A stretch of DNA of 64,000 nt. It comes from a virus. The stretch spans positions 52,221-116,220 of IMG/VR virus record IMGVR_UViG_3300028027_000047. One strand, 5' to 3'. The notes below the pieces were generated by a model. It saw nothing but the letters and a program-made list of their open reading frames with translations. It was not told the origin of the DNA and searched no databases. Below are positions 30,800 through 39,871 of the stretch, piece by piece. Every line of letters begins with the position of its first letter. Within the stretch, counting starts at the first letter, position 1. A program made the position numbers and the translations under genes.

Positions 30800-30946
30800 A
30801 TGACAGACGGATTGAATTTAACAGGATTTAACGAAGTAAAGCCAGCAGTACAGCACACAATCGGAGAGCAGTACGCTGCCGATCCATCAGCAGCATTCCC
30901 TGCATCAGATGTATCTAACCAGCCATCAGCACAAGGCCCAAAGTAA
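30800..30946 (+). CDS. small hypothetical protein (48 aa)
   Basis: AGGAG RBS; MTDGLNLTGFNE. Confidence 0.55.
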   Translation: MTDGLNLTGFNEVKPAVQHTIGEQYAADPSAAFPASDVSNQPSAQGPK

Positions 30947-30948
30947 AA

Positions 30949-31128
30949 ATGGATCTATTTGATAAAGAAGAAGTAACTGCTCCATCAATTGAAGCAGCTA
31001 TCGCTGAGGCTGTAAAGCCAGTAGCACCAACACCAACGCCTGCACCAGTAAAGTCTGGCGCAGAGTGCACAAGAGACACAAGAGGCGAAGCTGATTGTGC
31101 AGTAAAGAATTGTGAGAACTGCAACTAA
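30949..31128 (+). CDS. small protein with Cys-rich tail (59 aa)
   Basis: read manually; ends C..C..CENCN. Confidence 0.55.
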   Translation: MDLFDKEEVTAPSIEAAIAEAVKPVAPTPTPAPVKSGAECTRDTRGEADCAVKNCENCN

Positions 31129-31227
31129 TGTGTTACGAATGCGGATGCGAAACATTAGGTAGCCCCAAAGGCGCTACCCCAGTCACAATTACAGATGTAT
31201 CTAGAGATGGTGAGTCGGGCTTAACCA

Positions 31228-31434
31228 ATGAGTAATAGTTTTAAAAAAGAAGACGGTACTGGCATGGTGCCACCAGCAAATGCTGGTGCGCCTGCTGGTG
31301 CTGTTACCAGCACTAATACTCCAAAGAAGTATCCAAGACAGGGTGTAAAGATAGATACAAATAAGCACGGAATAAGAAGAGAGACAAGCTTAATTCCAAA
31401 ACCCACTAAAAAACCAAGATACAAAAAACCTTAA
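31228..31434 (+). CDS. hypothetical basic protein
   Basis: 68-aa ORF. Confidence 0.6.
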   Translation: MSNSFKKEDGTGMVPPANAGAPAGAVTSTNTPKKYPRQGVKIDTNKHGIRRETSLIPKPTKKPRYKKP

Positions 31435-31448
31435 GAACGGAACAATCT

Positions 31449-32045
31449 GTGAAATCATTTTATGAAAAAAATGTTTTTGAAGAAGAAGATTTTAATGCTT
31501 TAAAAGAAATAGCATTCAAAGACCTGTCATCAGAAAACATATATTTTTCAGAAGCCTATAGTAGATACTATGCTATAACTGATTTTCCAGAAAATATAAA
31601 GGCAAAGATCGTTGACTTGGCGAATAAAAAATTTAATACAAAAGATTTAGACATTGTTTATACACATGCAGTAAAGTACCAAATAGTAAATGGCATAAAG
31701 CCTAGCCTTAAAAAGCATTTAGATAATTTGCCATCAACCCATGTTATTGATTTATGTGTAGAGACTACATTGCCAGATTGGGGACTTACCGTTGGTGATG
31801 ATTTTTTTCAAGACGACCCCAACTCTGCAGTATTTCTATACGGGAAAGAAGATATTCATTTTAGGCCAGACTATACTTCTGAAGATGAAAATGATTACTG
31901 CGTAATGTTTCTTATTAATTTGGCACCCCCAGGTCATTGGGGGCATAAAGCCGCAGACTCTTTAAAGTTAATGCCAGAACACTTAAGGCAAAAAATGATA
32001 GACCAGCTGACACCACACCACAGAAAGAAAGACATGAACAAATGA
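31449..32045 (+). CDS. divergent 2OG-Fe(II) oxygenase-like protein
   Basis: KY...LKKHLD...WGL...HFR. Confidence 0.65.
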   Translation: MKSFYEKNVFEEEDFNALKEIAFKDLSSENIYFSEAYSRYYAITDFPENIKAKIVDLANKKFNTKDLDIVYTHAVKYQIVNGIKPSLKKHLDNLPSTHVIDLCVETTLPDWGLTVGDDFFQDDPNSAVFLYGKEDIHFRPDYTSEDENDYCVMFLINLAPPGHWGHKAADSLKLMPEHLRQKMIDQLTPHHRKKDMNK

Positions 32046-32797
32046 TTATTCAAGTAATAGGACTACCAGGTTCTGGCAAAACTACATTTTCAAAAGAGCT
32101 AGCAGATAGAATTAATGCTGTGCATTTAAATGCAGATGCAGTAAGAGCAGAACTAAATAAAGATCTAGGATTTAGCCCAGAAGATAGGATTGAGCAAGCC
32201 CGTAGGATGGGTGCGCTGTCTAGGCTTCTTTCAGAGCAAGGATACCATGTAGTAGTAGATTTTGTTAATCCAACAAAAGAAACAAGGTCTTCATTCGGAA
32301 AGCCAGATAAAATTGTTTGGATGAATAGAAAGCCCGTAAGAGATTTCCCAGATACAACTGCGATGTGGGAGTACCCAGAGGGTGTTGACCTAATGTTTGA
32401 CGACAATACAGAATCAAATTTAGCTGCGAGGCTTGCGTGTGTTGACTTTCAATTACACGATTGGAGGGAGCCAACTACACTAATGCTTGGGAGATACCAG
32501 CCGTGGCATGAGGGGCACCACGCTTTATATAAAGAGGCGGGTGAACGAACAAAGCAAGTAATGCTTGGTGTAAGAAATACGTACAAGACTAGTAATAAAG
32601 ACCCACTAGATTTTGACCAAGTAATGGCATATATTGCAGAGGATCCAGTAATGGATAAAGCAATGGTAATTAAGATGCCTAACATTACGAATATAGTCTA
32701 TGGTCGTGATGTAGGATATAAGATTGAACAGGTATCTTTAGGAGCAGAAATTGAAGCTATTAGTGCTACTCAAAAACGTAAAGAGATGGGCATATAA
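32042..32797 (+). CDS. cysC: adenylylsulfate kinase-like domain fused to HIGH-type nucleotidyltransferase domain
   Basis: GLPGSGKTT, NADAVR..L..DLGFSPEDRIEQARR; C-terminal GRYQPWHEGH and ISATQKR. Confidence 0.8.
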   Translation: MIIQVIGLPGSGKTTFSKELADRINAVHLNADAVRAELNKDLGFSPEDRIEQARRMGALSRLLSEQGYHVVVDFVNPTKETRSSFGKPDKIVWMNRKPVRDFPDTTAMWEYPEGVDLMFDDNTESNLAARLACVDFQLHDWREPTTLMLGRYQPWHEGHHALYKEAGERTKQVMLGVRNTYKTSNKDPLDFDQVMAYIAEDPVMDKAMVIKMPNITNIVYGRDVGYKIEQVSLGAEIEAISATQKRKEMGI

Positions 32798-32842
32798 GGT
32801 GTGGGACTTTGTATCTAAGCCAAACAATATTGAGTGGCCATC

Positions 32843-33055
32843 ATGAATGTTACTAAACAAAGATCAGCATTAAAAGCAATTACATGGCGTGTAATTGGAA
32901 CAGCAGACACGTTTGTTATATCATGGGCCATAACCAAAGAGCCAGTAACAGCAGGAGCAATTGCAAGCTTTGAGGTATTTACAAAAACAATTCTTTACTA
33001 TTTTCATGAGCGTGGATGGAATAGAGTTAAGTGGGGCAGAAAAAATGATAGATAG
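32843..33055 (+). CDS. DUF2061-like small membrane protein
   Basis: RSALKAITWR...LYYFHERGW. Confidence 0.78.
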   Translation: MNVTKQRSALKAITWRVIGTADTFVISWAITKEPVTAGAIASFEVFTKTILYYFHERGWNRVKWGRKNDR

Positions 33056-33317
33056 AAACATAGATGAATTAAAAAATGAAATTGCTAACCATTTGCAAAA
33101 TACAAACTACCCCCCAGTCACCCTTGATCTCATAGACTCCTGTATTGAAGCAATCAGGCTAGCTGAAGACAAAAAGTGGGACCATTTGGTAAAGCTACCA
33201 GACTCTGTTAAATTTAATGGGGCTGAGTATGCGACAGTAAACGATATAATTGCGGGGCAAAGGCTAGAAAAATGGTTAGACGTTTCTGATCATGCACAAA
33301 CATTTGGAGCAAATTAA
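33045..33317 (+). CDS. hypothetical protein (paralog of 48647..48910)
   Basis: HLQ..NYPPV...CIEAI...WL shared motif. Confidence 0.65.
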   Translation: MIDRNIDELKNEIANHLQNTNYPPVTLDLIDSCIEAIRLAEDKKWDHLVKLPDSVKFNGAEYATVNDIIAGQRLEKWLDVSDHAQTFGAN

Positions 33318-33916
33318 TGCGTGTATTAAATTGGATATCAGTTCAAGGACTTTCTTTAGAGCAGGTTTATAAAAAGGTGGACGATGAGCTGAAATCATCA
33401 AATCATTTATGGTTTGATGACTATATCATTGGAGGCGGAAGATGGAATACTGGGGTTGATTTGGAGCTGTGCGCTAAAGCAAAAACTAAAACTAAGCTAC
33501 CAGACAATGTAACATTTGATGGTGATGGAAAAATTCATCACAATATGCTGCTAAACTATAATCTAAGGAGCGAAGACTTTAACACAATAATTAAAGACAT
33601 CCAAGCGGCAAGATCAATGACAATGGAAAATTTTAAAAAAAGATATCCAAATTTACTTGAAACTATTCCAAAAGATATGGATGACTATTCAAATGGCGAT
33701 GAGTCTAATTTATATGGTAATGAAAATGAACAAAATAGATATAGCATGAAGCATATTATGAATATTATTAATGGCGAATGGACAGAAGATAGCTATTTTT
33801 ATGATTTAAAAATGAAAACAAGCAAAATGACATTTTTTAAAGAAAGACTAAGCAATACAGGGTCAGACCAAGAGTGGCTTGTACCAGTAGATTTTCACAT
33901 TAGAGAGTATAGATAG
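33317..33916 (+). CDS. hypothetical protein
   Basis: 199-aa ORF with IIGGGRWN and WLVPVDFH. Confidence 0.7.
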   Translation: MRVLNWISVQGLSLEQVYKKVDDELKSSNHLWFDDYIIGGGRWNTGVDLELCAKAKTKTKLPDNVTFDGDGKIHHNMLLNYNLRSEDFNTIIKDIQAARSMTMENFKKRYPNLLETIPKDMDDYSNGDESNLYGNENEQNRYSMKHIMNIINGEWTEDSYFYDLKMKTSKMTFFKERLSNTGSDQEWLVPVDFHIREYR

Positions 33917-33924
33917 GAAATAAA

Positions 33925-34788
33925 ATGACTGGTAAATTAATTGTAGGATCCATGCCGCTAGGCAATTTAGAAGATATAACATTGAGAATGCTTGATGCAT
34001 TTAAAAATGCAGATATTATTTTATCCGACTACCCGACAACATATGCAGATCAACTATTGGAAAAATATGAAATCAATAAAAATTTAATAATCTTAAAAAG
34101 CTTTCATTCGTGTCACGCAGATAGGGAGCAGCTAGACTATGTAATTAGTTCTATCAGGGATGGGCTAACTGTCTTAATCATTTGTTCGGAGGGCCAGGTT
34201 GCCGTATCCGATCCAGGAGTACAATACATTCAGGAGTGCATTAGGCTAAGCCTGCCGTACGTGGTGCTTCCAGGCCCTAACGCAGGCATACAGGCACTTG
34301 TAGCAAGCGGACTATCAAATGGAAGGGTTTTTATACATCCCACAATTGAACCTAAAAATGTTGATACTGAATTCCCATTGCTTAAGGATGTTCAGACAAG
34401 CCTAACTGTTTATGTCTGGGGTAAGGATATACCAAAAATTCTTGAAATTATTGAAAAAGATTTTAAGTGGGAAACAGATCAAAATGAGCAATATGCAAAT
34501 AAACTTATATCATTTTGCTGCGATCTAACATTGCCTACAGAGTTTATAGTTACTGGGTGGGCACACGAAATATCTAAGCACCCAGACCTGCAAAAGATTA
34601 CTACTAGAACTAAGGTTACTATTGTTATGGGAGAAATGATGCACATGGAAGATTGTGATCATCATATTTGTAATTCAATTAGAAGCCTGTACCCAGGACA
34701 AAAGTATCTAGGTGAGCCACAAAAGCCAGTGGATACTACAAAGTTTTATTGTGAGCACCCAAAAGATCCGTGGACTTATAGCAATTAG
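33925..34788 (+). CDS. RsmI-like SAM-dependent methyltransferase (tetrapyrrole-methylase fold)
   Basis: GKLIVGSMPLGNLEDITLR, SEG..AVSDPG, LPGPNA..ALVASGL. Confidence 0.8.
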   Translation: MTGKLIVGSMPLGNLEDITLRMLDAFKNADIILSDYPTTYADQLLEKYEINKNLIILKSFHSCHADREQLDYVISSIRDGLTVLIICSEGQVAVSDPGVQYIQECIRLSLPYVVLPGPNAGIQALVASGLSNGRVFIHPTIEPKNVDTEFPLLKDVQTSLTVYVWGKDIPKILEIIEKDFKWETDQNEQYANKLISFCCDLTLPTEFIVTGWAHEISKHPDLQKITTRTKVTIVMGEMMHMEDCDHHICNSIRSLYPGQKYLGEPQKPVDTTKFYCEHPKDPWTYSN

Positions 34789-35420
34789 CTAGAATACTTT
34801 TCGTCTTTATTACCAATGCCAGTGAGATCTATTAAAAAGTTAGACCTTTCATCTTGCATCTTAAAATGATTTTCTTGCAAAGGTCTGTCTGGTAGATAAG
34901 AGAAGTTGCATACAAGCATATCAATTTCTGCGTCTTCTCTTAAATCAATGTGCTCTCTCCAGTGCTGCTGCTGGGTTCCAGCGAATATTAAACCTTGGTT
35001 GTATTTAAGTACTGTTTCTTTGCCTTCTACAACAACTCCCCAATCTTGATTTGAATTAAGCTGGATGTCAATTGTTACTCTTTGAGACACCCTATCGTCA
35101 TAATGTGGGAACAATTTAGGAATATATCCATATTTTGGGTTGTATCTAATAAAGAAATACTCTTTTAGTATTAGAGTTATTCCAATTTTATCTCTAATTA
35201 CTTGATTCAGTCTTTGATACATATGCTTGTCTACCATTAAGTTCCAGCTTTTTCTTCCGCCCCAAGCTTGAACAGTAGACTCACTTTGTTCAATAATTTT
35301 GTACAAATCTTTAATATTTTCTTCTGTGAGAACGTCGTCTACGACTCTAATTTCAAAGTCCTCATCAATTATAGGACCCTGATTTTTTTTAAATTCATTA
35401 TATTTATCTTGATCTATCAT
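34785..35420 (-). CDS. divergent 2OG-Fe(II) oxygenase-like protein
   Basis: RY...PKLFPHYD...WGV...HWR. Confidence 0.65.
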   Translation of the reverse strand: MIDQDKYNEFKKNQGPIIDEDFEIRVVDDVLTEENIKDLYKIIEQSESTVQAWGGRKSWNLMVDKHMYQRLNQVIRDKIGITLILKEYFFIRYNPKYGYIPKLFPHYDDRVSQRVTIDIQLNSNQDWGVVVEGKETVLKYNQGLIFAGTQQQHWREHIDLREDAEIDMLVCNFSYLPDRPLQENHFKMQDERSNFLIDLTGIGNKDEKYSS

Positions 35421-35483
35421 ATACTAATTATACCGCAAAGAATATTGACATCACAATTTATATTGTATATAATGGTTATAAGA

Positions 35484-35556
35484 TGCCCCATAGCTCAGTT
35501 GGTAGAGCACCGAACTGTTAATTCGGGTGTCCCTGGATCGAGGCCAGGTGGGGCAG
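35484..35556 (+). tRNA. tRNA-Asn(GTT), atypical T-loop
   Basis: cloverleaf; CCGAA-ctGTTaa-TTCGG; T-loop ATCGAGG; upstream TTGACA...TATAAT. Confidence 0.85.
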
Positions 35557-35571
35557 CAAAGAAAGGTAACA

Positions 35572-36156
35572 ATGCGTAATTTGAATACAATATTTTTTTC
35601 TTCTAATTTTTTTGATTTAAATATAGATAAAAATGAGTCAGATATTATTAATGAACTGTTTTTACATTGTAAAAGTAAGTTTAATTTAGAGTTTAATATG
35701 GAAATAATAAATGAACAGTCTGATGGAGACGGAATATCTGTAATTGTAGTAAGCGATTATGATACAGAAATAGTGTTTGAAGACACTGCAGATATATTAA
35801 GGTTCCCAGATAAAAAAAGAATAAGTGCTAGCCCTGGCGACATTATTTCTTTCCACAGCTCAAATAATTTTATATCTAATCAAACAATTAAATTGTATAA
35901 CTTTAATTACAAGATAGATGAAAAAGTTTTTGGGGAGGGGTCAAAGTTATTTGAGGTAACGGCCACCCTTAAAGACGAATACAAGATAAGGGTTAAATCT
36001 GATAGCTATGAGGATGCAATAAAACAGGCCTACTCAATAAATCTTACAGAATGGAAGCACGTGGAATTAAATACTAATCTTCCATCTATTCAGATAAACA
36101 GATATACTAAATGGGGAATGCTTGATGCATTTGAGTTGCCCAAAAATCCTGGTTGA
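35572..36156 (+). CDS. hypothetical protein
   Basis: ATG at 35572 after GAAAGG. Confidence 0.6.
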   Translation: MRNLNTIFFSSNFFDLNIDKNESDIINELFLHCKSKFNLEFNMEIINEQSDGDGISVIVVSDYDTEIVFEDTADILRFPDKKRISASPGDIISFHSSNNFISNQTIKLYNFNYKIDEKVFGEGSKLFEVTATLKDEYKIRVKSDSYEDAIKQAYSINLTEWKHVELNTNLPSIQINRYTKWGMLDAFELPKNPG

Positions 36157-36179
36157 CTTTTCTACTCTAAAGTGAGATA

Positions 36180-36785
36180 ATGATTTGTATGATAGAAAAA
36201 ACAGATCCTATGTCAGAAAAATTAGGCAATAGCATTGATAATATAAAAATTATTAAAAACTATATGCCGCATAATCATATTGATGAAATTTTAAGCTACA
36301 CTGATCTATACCTTGACAAAAATCCAACATTAGATTTAAAAATTAAAATTAAAAATGCTTATTCTCAAAGAGAGCTTTTAAAAGCATACGAGTACCTGCT
36401 TAGATCTGAAGCCGAAAAGCTTTATGGCTGGGAGTTTGAAAGAGATAGAACAGTAGACTTTAATAATCGTGAGGCTGGTTCCTCTGTTCCAGAGCATACA
36501 GATATGATTCAACCTCATTTTTTTGATCCGCTCGAACCAGTATATTCTTGGTATCAAAATCAATATTCTTGGAGCGGACATCTATCTTTAATCGTATATC
36601 TAAATGATGATTTTGAAGGCGGGGAGTTGGTATTCCCGCAGCACAACTTAACAATTAAACCAGAAAAGGGAATGCTTATTGCTTTTCCTGGAAACCTTTA
36701 CTTCCATCATGAAGTCAAAGAGGTTAAGTCTGGAACAAGAAAAACAATTTCTTTATGGACAAAATTTAAAGGATTTTCTTTATGA
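36180..36785 (+). CDS. 2OG-Fe(II) oxygenase
   Basis: HTD...YLNDDFEGGELVF...HEV...GTR. Confidence 0.9.
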   Translation: MICMIEKTDPMSEKLGNSIDNIKIIKNYMPHNHIDEILSYTDLYLDKNPTLDLKIKIKNAYSQRELLKAYEYLLRSEAEKLYGWEFERDRTVDFNNREAGSSVPEHTDMIQPHFFDPLEPVYSWYQNQYSWSGHLSLIVYLNDDFEGGELVFPQHNLTIKPEKGMLIAFPGNLYFHHEVKEVKSGTRKTISLWTKFKGFSL

Positions 36786-36952
36786 AAAGAATAATATGCA
36801 TGATCAAGGGCCATATGTCTAGAGAGTCTAGCTGTCCATTTACTGGGAATCTGTATGACATATGTGACAATTGTGGCAAGAAAAATGTAATCGGCAACAT
36901 ATCTAATCAATACAAATTTGATGAGATAAATAAGACTTGGAGAACAATATGA
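36782..36952 (+). CDS. small Cys-rich protein (56 aa)
   Basis: C..KGH...CPFTG...CDNCG, read manually. Confidence 0.55.
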   Translation: MKRIICMIKGHMSRESSCPFTGNLYDICDNCGKKNVIGNISNQYKFDEINKTWRTI

Positions 36953-37080
36953 TACCTATCGGAACTATAGAATGTGAAACATGCAATGAAACTATTGAAT
37001 TAACTGTAAACCATTTGCTAGAATCTGGTAATTATTGTCAATCTTGCTATCAAAAGGATGTTGACAAAATAAATGGCTAG
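36949..37080 (+). CDS. small zinc-finger protein (43 aa)
   Basis: CETC...CQSC, read manually. Confidence 0.5.
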   Translation: MIPIGTIECETCNETIELTVNHLLESGNYCQSCYQKDVDKING

Positions 37081-37804
37081 AGACTGTGTTTGTGGAAGAT
37101 CCCTTAAGTTTCCATATTGTGATGGCACACACAATAGGTTAGAGAAGCTTAATTTAAAACCAGCACCTCCTAAAGATACATCGACTATACACGGAATGCT
37201 GCTCGATGATGGGCTTCCGTACAAAGTATATAAAAATCTTATGCCAGAGGAAACAAGAATAAGGCTTTTAAATATGATGAAGACATTGGATCAAGAGTTT
37301 TGGCACGACAGCTCTTGCACAAATGACCCAGTAGATCAACTACGAATGCATATGCCAAGATCAATTAATCATGAGTTATGGAAAGTTGGCGCAGAAAATT
37401 ACCTTGAATGGGCAAAGCTATTTAATGCAGAAGTTAACAATGTCAGCTACTCACACCCGCTAGACCATGGAAGAATTGTAGACAGAAGAGGCCCAGGTGC
37501 CTTCTTAGGAAAGCATCAAGACGTTCCAACTGGAGATTTTGCTAAATATTTTGGAGCAGCTCCAGGTGAATCTTTAATGGAATTTACTCAAATTTTTTAT
37601 TGGAATGATGATTTTGAAGGGGGCGAGCTAGTATTTTGTGAAAGCGACTTTATAAAAGAGCCAATAGTCTACAAACCAGTTGCTGGTGACGTAATAGTTT
37701 TTAGATCCCACCATGAGCACGAGATACTCCCAATTATTGCTGGCGAAAGATACTCTTCCCAATATTTCTTCTACAACAAGAAAAAGCCTAGACCCCCTGC
37801 TTAA
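37073..37804 (+). CDS. CDGSH iron-sulfur domain fused to 2OG-Fe(II) oxygenase
   Basis: CVCGRSLKFPYCDGTH, then HQD...WNDDFEGGEL...HEI...GERY. Confidence 0.82.
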   Translation: MARDCVCGRSLKFPYCDGTHNRLEKLNLKPAPPKDTSTIHGMLLDDGLPYKVYKNLMPEETRIRLLNMMKTLDQEFWHDSSCTNDPVDQLRMHMPRSINHELWKVGAENYLEWAKLFNAEVNNVSYSHPLDHGRIVDRRGPGAFLGKHQDVPTGDFAKYFGAAPGESLMEFTQIFYWNDDFEGGELVFCESDFIKEPIVYKPVAGDVIVFRSHHEHEILPIIAGERYSSQYFFYNKKKPRPPA

Positions 37805-38082
37805 ACTATTGACTACATTTATGTTATATAGTATACTAACTATATGAAAAAAAATAATGTAGCAAAGTCCCAGGCTGGAATAAAGCGCCAAAAGAAAAAT
37901 TTAAAAAGGCTGGCATCCAAGCCTCAATCTAGTGCATTTGAAAGAAAGCAAGCATTAATTATGGAGCAGATGAGAATTATCTCTAATGAAAGAGCCTAAA
38001 ATAATGAAGATGGACTGGCGTTCGTTAGGGTATTGGCCAGTTTACAAAGATGGAAAACTTACATGGGAAAAGGATCCAGAAA

Positions 38083-38352
38083 ATGATTGATTGGTTAGTT
38101 AATAGAATATTTAGATGGGATTCACTTCGCAAGGCGGTATTTGATGAGGTAAGAATGTACCAGTCCATAGACAGATCAATGTGGGAATATGAAAAAGAAG
38201 GACCAACTAATCTAACATGGTCAGAAGGAGATAGATGGTACGGGTGGACTTACAATAGTAACGCTAAGCGTTATTACTTTGATGATATTGGTAACGAATC
38301 ATTAATAGGCTTATGGGAAGATCAATGGCTTCGTGAAGCGGATGCTCATTGA
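38083..38352 (+). CDS. hypothetical protein
   Basis: Trp-rich ORF. Confidence 0.6.
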   Translation: MIDWLVNRIFRWDSLRKAVFDEVRMYQSIDRSMWEYEKEGPTNLTWSEGDRWYGWTYNSNAKRYYFDDIGNESLIGLWEDQWLREADAH

Positions 38353-38585
38353 CAATAATGCTGAGTGCTTTCTGCGTTATTTGTAATAAAAACGTAGACG
38401 GAAGGCTAACCGAGATGGTTGTCTTAGATTCAGGTAAATGGTTGCACAAAGGCGAATGTCCAAACTGTTTATATGAAATTAAGCGAATTGTCCCTAAAGA
38501 CAGTTCAGGTTCCTATAATGGCCGTAGAGCAGTTTCCGAAACTGATAATGAAGGTCCGATTCCTTCACCTGAAGCTGATGAGTAA
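38349..38585 (+). CDS. small zinc-ribbon protein
   Basis: AFCVIC...KGECPNC; 3' end overlaps a tRNA-like element. Confidence 0.6.
   Translation: MTIMLSAFCVICNKNVDGRLTEMVVLDSGKWLHKGECPNCLYEIKRIVPKDSSGSYNGRRAVSETDNEGPIPSPEADE
38504..38574 (+). tRNA. degenerate tRNA-Arg(CCG)-like
   Basis: acceptor TTCAGGT/ACCTGAA, anticodon arm CAGT-ttCCGaa-ACTG, T-arm GAAGG-tccgatt-CCTTC; weak D-arm. Confidence 0.6.
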
Positions 38586-38775
38586 ACAATGGGAAGACAA
38601 GTCTCAGTGGATCACACACTGCCCCATATGCTTTTGTTCAGTCACACATCAATTATATGACTTTCATATGCAATATCATGAAAATAAGATCGCAATTAGT
38701 GAAATCGGCGGCGGTAGAGAGATCCCAGTCAACTACGTTGACACATTTAGGGTAGGGTTTGATGAAAATTTGTAG
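38578..38775 (+). CDS. small zinc-finger protein
   Basis: CPIC...H...H. Confidence 0.5.
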   Translation: MSKQWEDKSQWITHCPICFCSVTHQLYDFHMQYHENKIAISEIGGGREIPVNYVDTFRVGFDENL

Positions 38776-39307
38776 TTCATGCAAGGTTGCTGAATCAATA
38801 AGTGGTAGCTATTGCAAGCCATGTAGGTCTATTTATAATGCTGCCTACCATAGAGCAAATCCAGAGAAAAGTAGACAAACCAGTAAAAAATATGATAAAG
38901 AAAATAGAGACAAAAGAGTGGTTCATGAGCAAAAATATAAAAAATCCAACCCAGAGAAAGTAAAAGAATGGGGAAGAAAGAAAAATAGAAAGCGTGAAGC
39001 TTTAAAAAGAAACAATGCACATGCACCTTACTCTGAGAAGCAGGTTCTAGATAAGTATGGGAATTTATGCCATATCTGCCAAACCCCAATAGATTTATCT
39101 GCCCCAAGACAGTGTGGTAAGCCTGGATGGGATAATGGCTTGCATATAGATCACCTATATCCTTTATCAAAAGGTGGTTCAGATAACTTAGATAATGTTA
39201 GACCAGCACACGGAAGATGTAATGTAATTAAAAGTGCAAAGGTGTTTAAGGCAATGAGTGATAGCCCTTGGGGCACGATGAAGGCGGGGAAGCCTAAAGG
39301 TGTATAA
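38759..39307 (+). CDS. HNH endonuclease (possibly homing)
   Basis: CHIC...HIDHLYPLSKGG..NLDNVRPAHGRCN. Confidence 0.9.
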   Translation: MMKICSSCKVAESISGSYCKPCRSIYNAAYHRANPEKSRQTSKKYDKENRDKRVVHEQKYKKSNPEKVKEWGRKKNRKREALKRNNAHAPYSEKQVLDKYGNLCHICQTPIDLSAPRQCGKPGWDNGLHIDHLYPLSKGGSDNLDNVRPAHGRCNVIKSAKVFKAMSDSPWGTMKAGKPKGV

Positions 39308-39351
39308 TAGTTCTATAAGGGAATATTCCCTTTAATAGAGAAAGAACTACA

Positions 39352-39549
39352 ATGGCATCACCAATGTGTAAGACATGTTCAATAGAGACAAATAGAGCAG
39401 CATGGGCAAACTATCCAGATATGCTCGATCTCTGCAAAATGTGCAAATCCTTTCAGAAATCCATAGAACATACAATAAACTCAGCCGAAAAGATACGAAA
39501 GAAAGCTGCAGCAATAGGCAGTAAATTAGAGCATAAAGCAGTTGACTAG
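39352..39549 (+). CDS. hypothetical protein
   Basis: CKTC...CKMC. Confidence 0.6.
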   Translation: MASPMCKTCSIETNRAAWANYPDMLDLCKMCKSFQKSIEHTINSAEKIRKKAAAIGSKLEHKAVD

Positions 39550-39577
39550 AATTATATCAATATAGTATAATTACTAT

Positions 39578-39862
39578 ATGGCTAAAAAGAAATATAAGGG
39601 TCAATCTAGAGCATCTATCGAAGCTGAGAAAAAGAAAAGTCTATCTGATATTGAAAAGACTAGACGCAAGCTTCAAGCAATTGATGGGCGGGAATTGGAA
39701 AGTAAGAGACTTTCTGCTAAGGATATGATAGAACTCAATAGAGCAATACAAGACCTAGATAAGAATAAAGCTTTGATTGAAGATACATATATGGGAACAC
39801 CTAGCCATAAAGTCTCAACCTGGACTAGAAAGTCTAAAGTCAATAAAAGCAAAATATGGTAA
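39578..39862 (+). CDS. basic hypothetical protein, probably leaderless
   Basis: TTGACT-N18-TATAAT 6 nt upstream of ATG. Confidence 0.65.
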   Translation: MAKKKYKGQSRASIEAEKKKSLSDIEKTRRKLQAIDGRELESKRLSAKDMIELNRAIQDLDKNKALIEDTYMGTPSHKVSTWTRKSKVNKSKIW

Positions 39863-39871
39863 ACTAGAACT

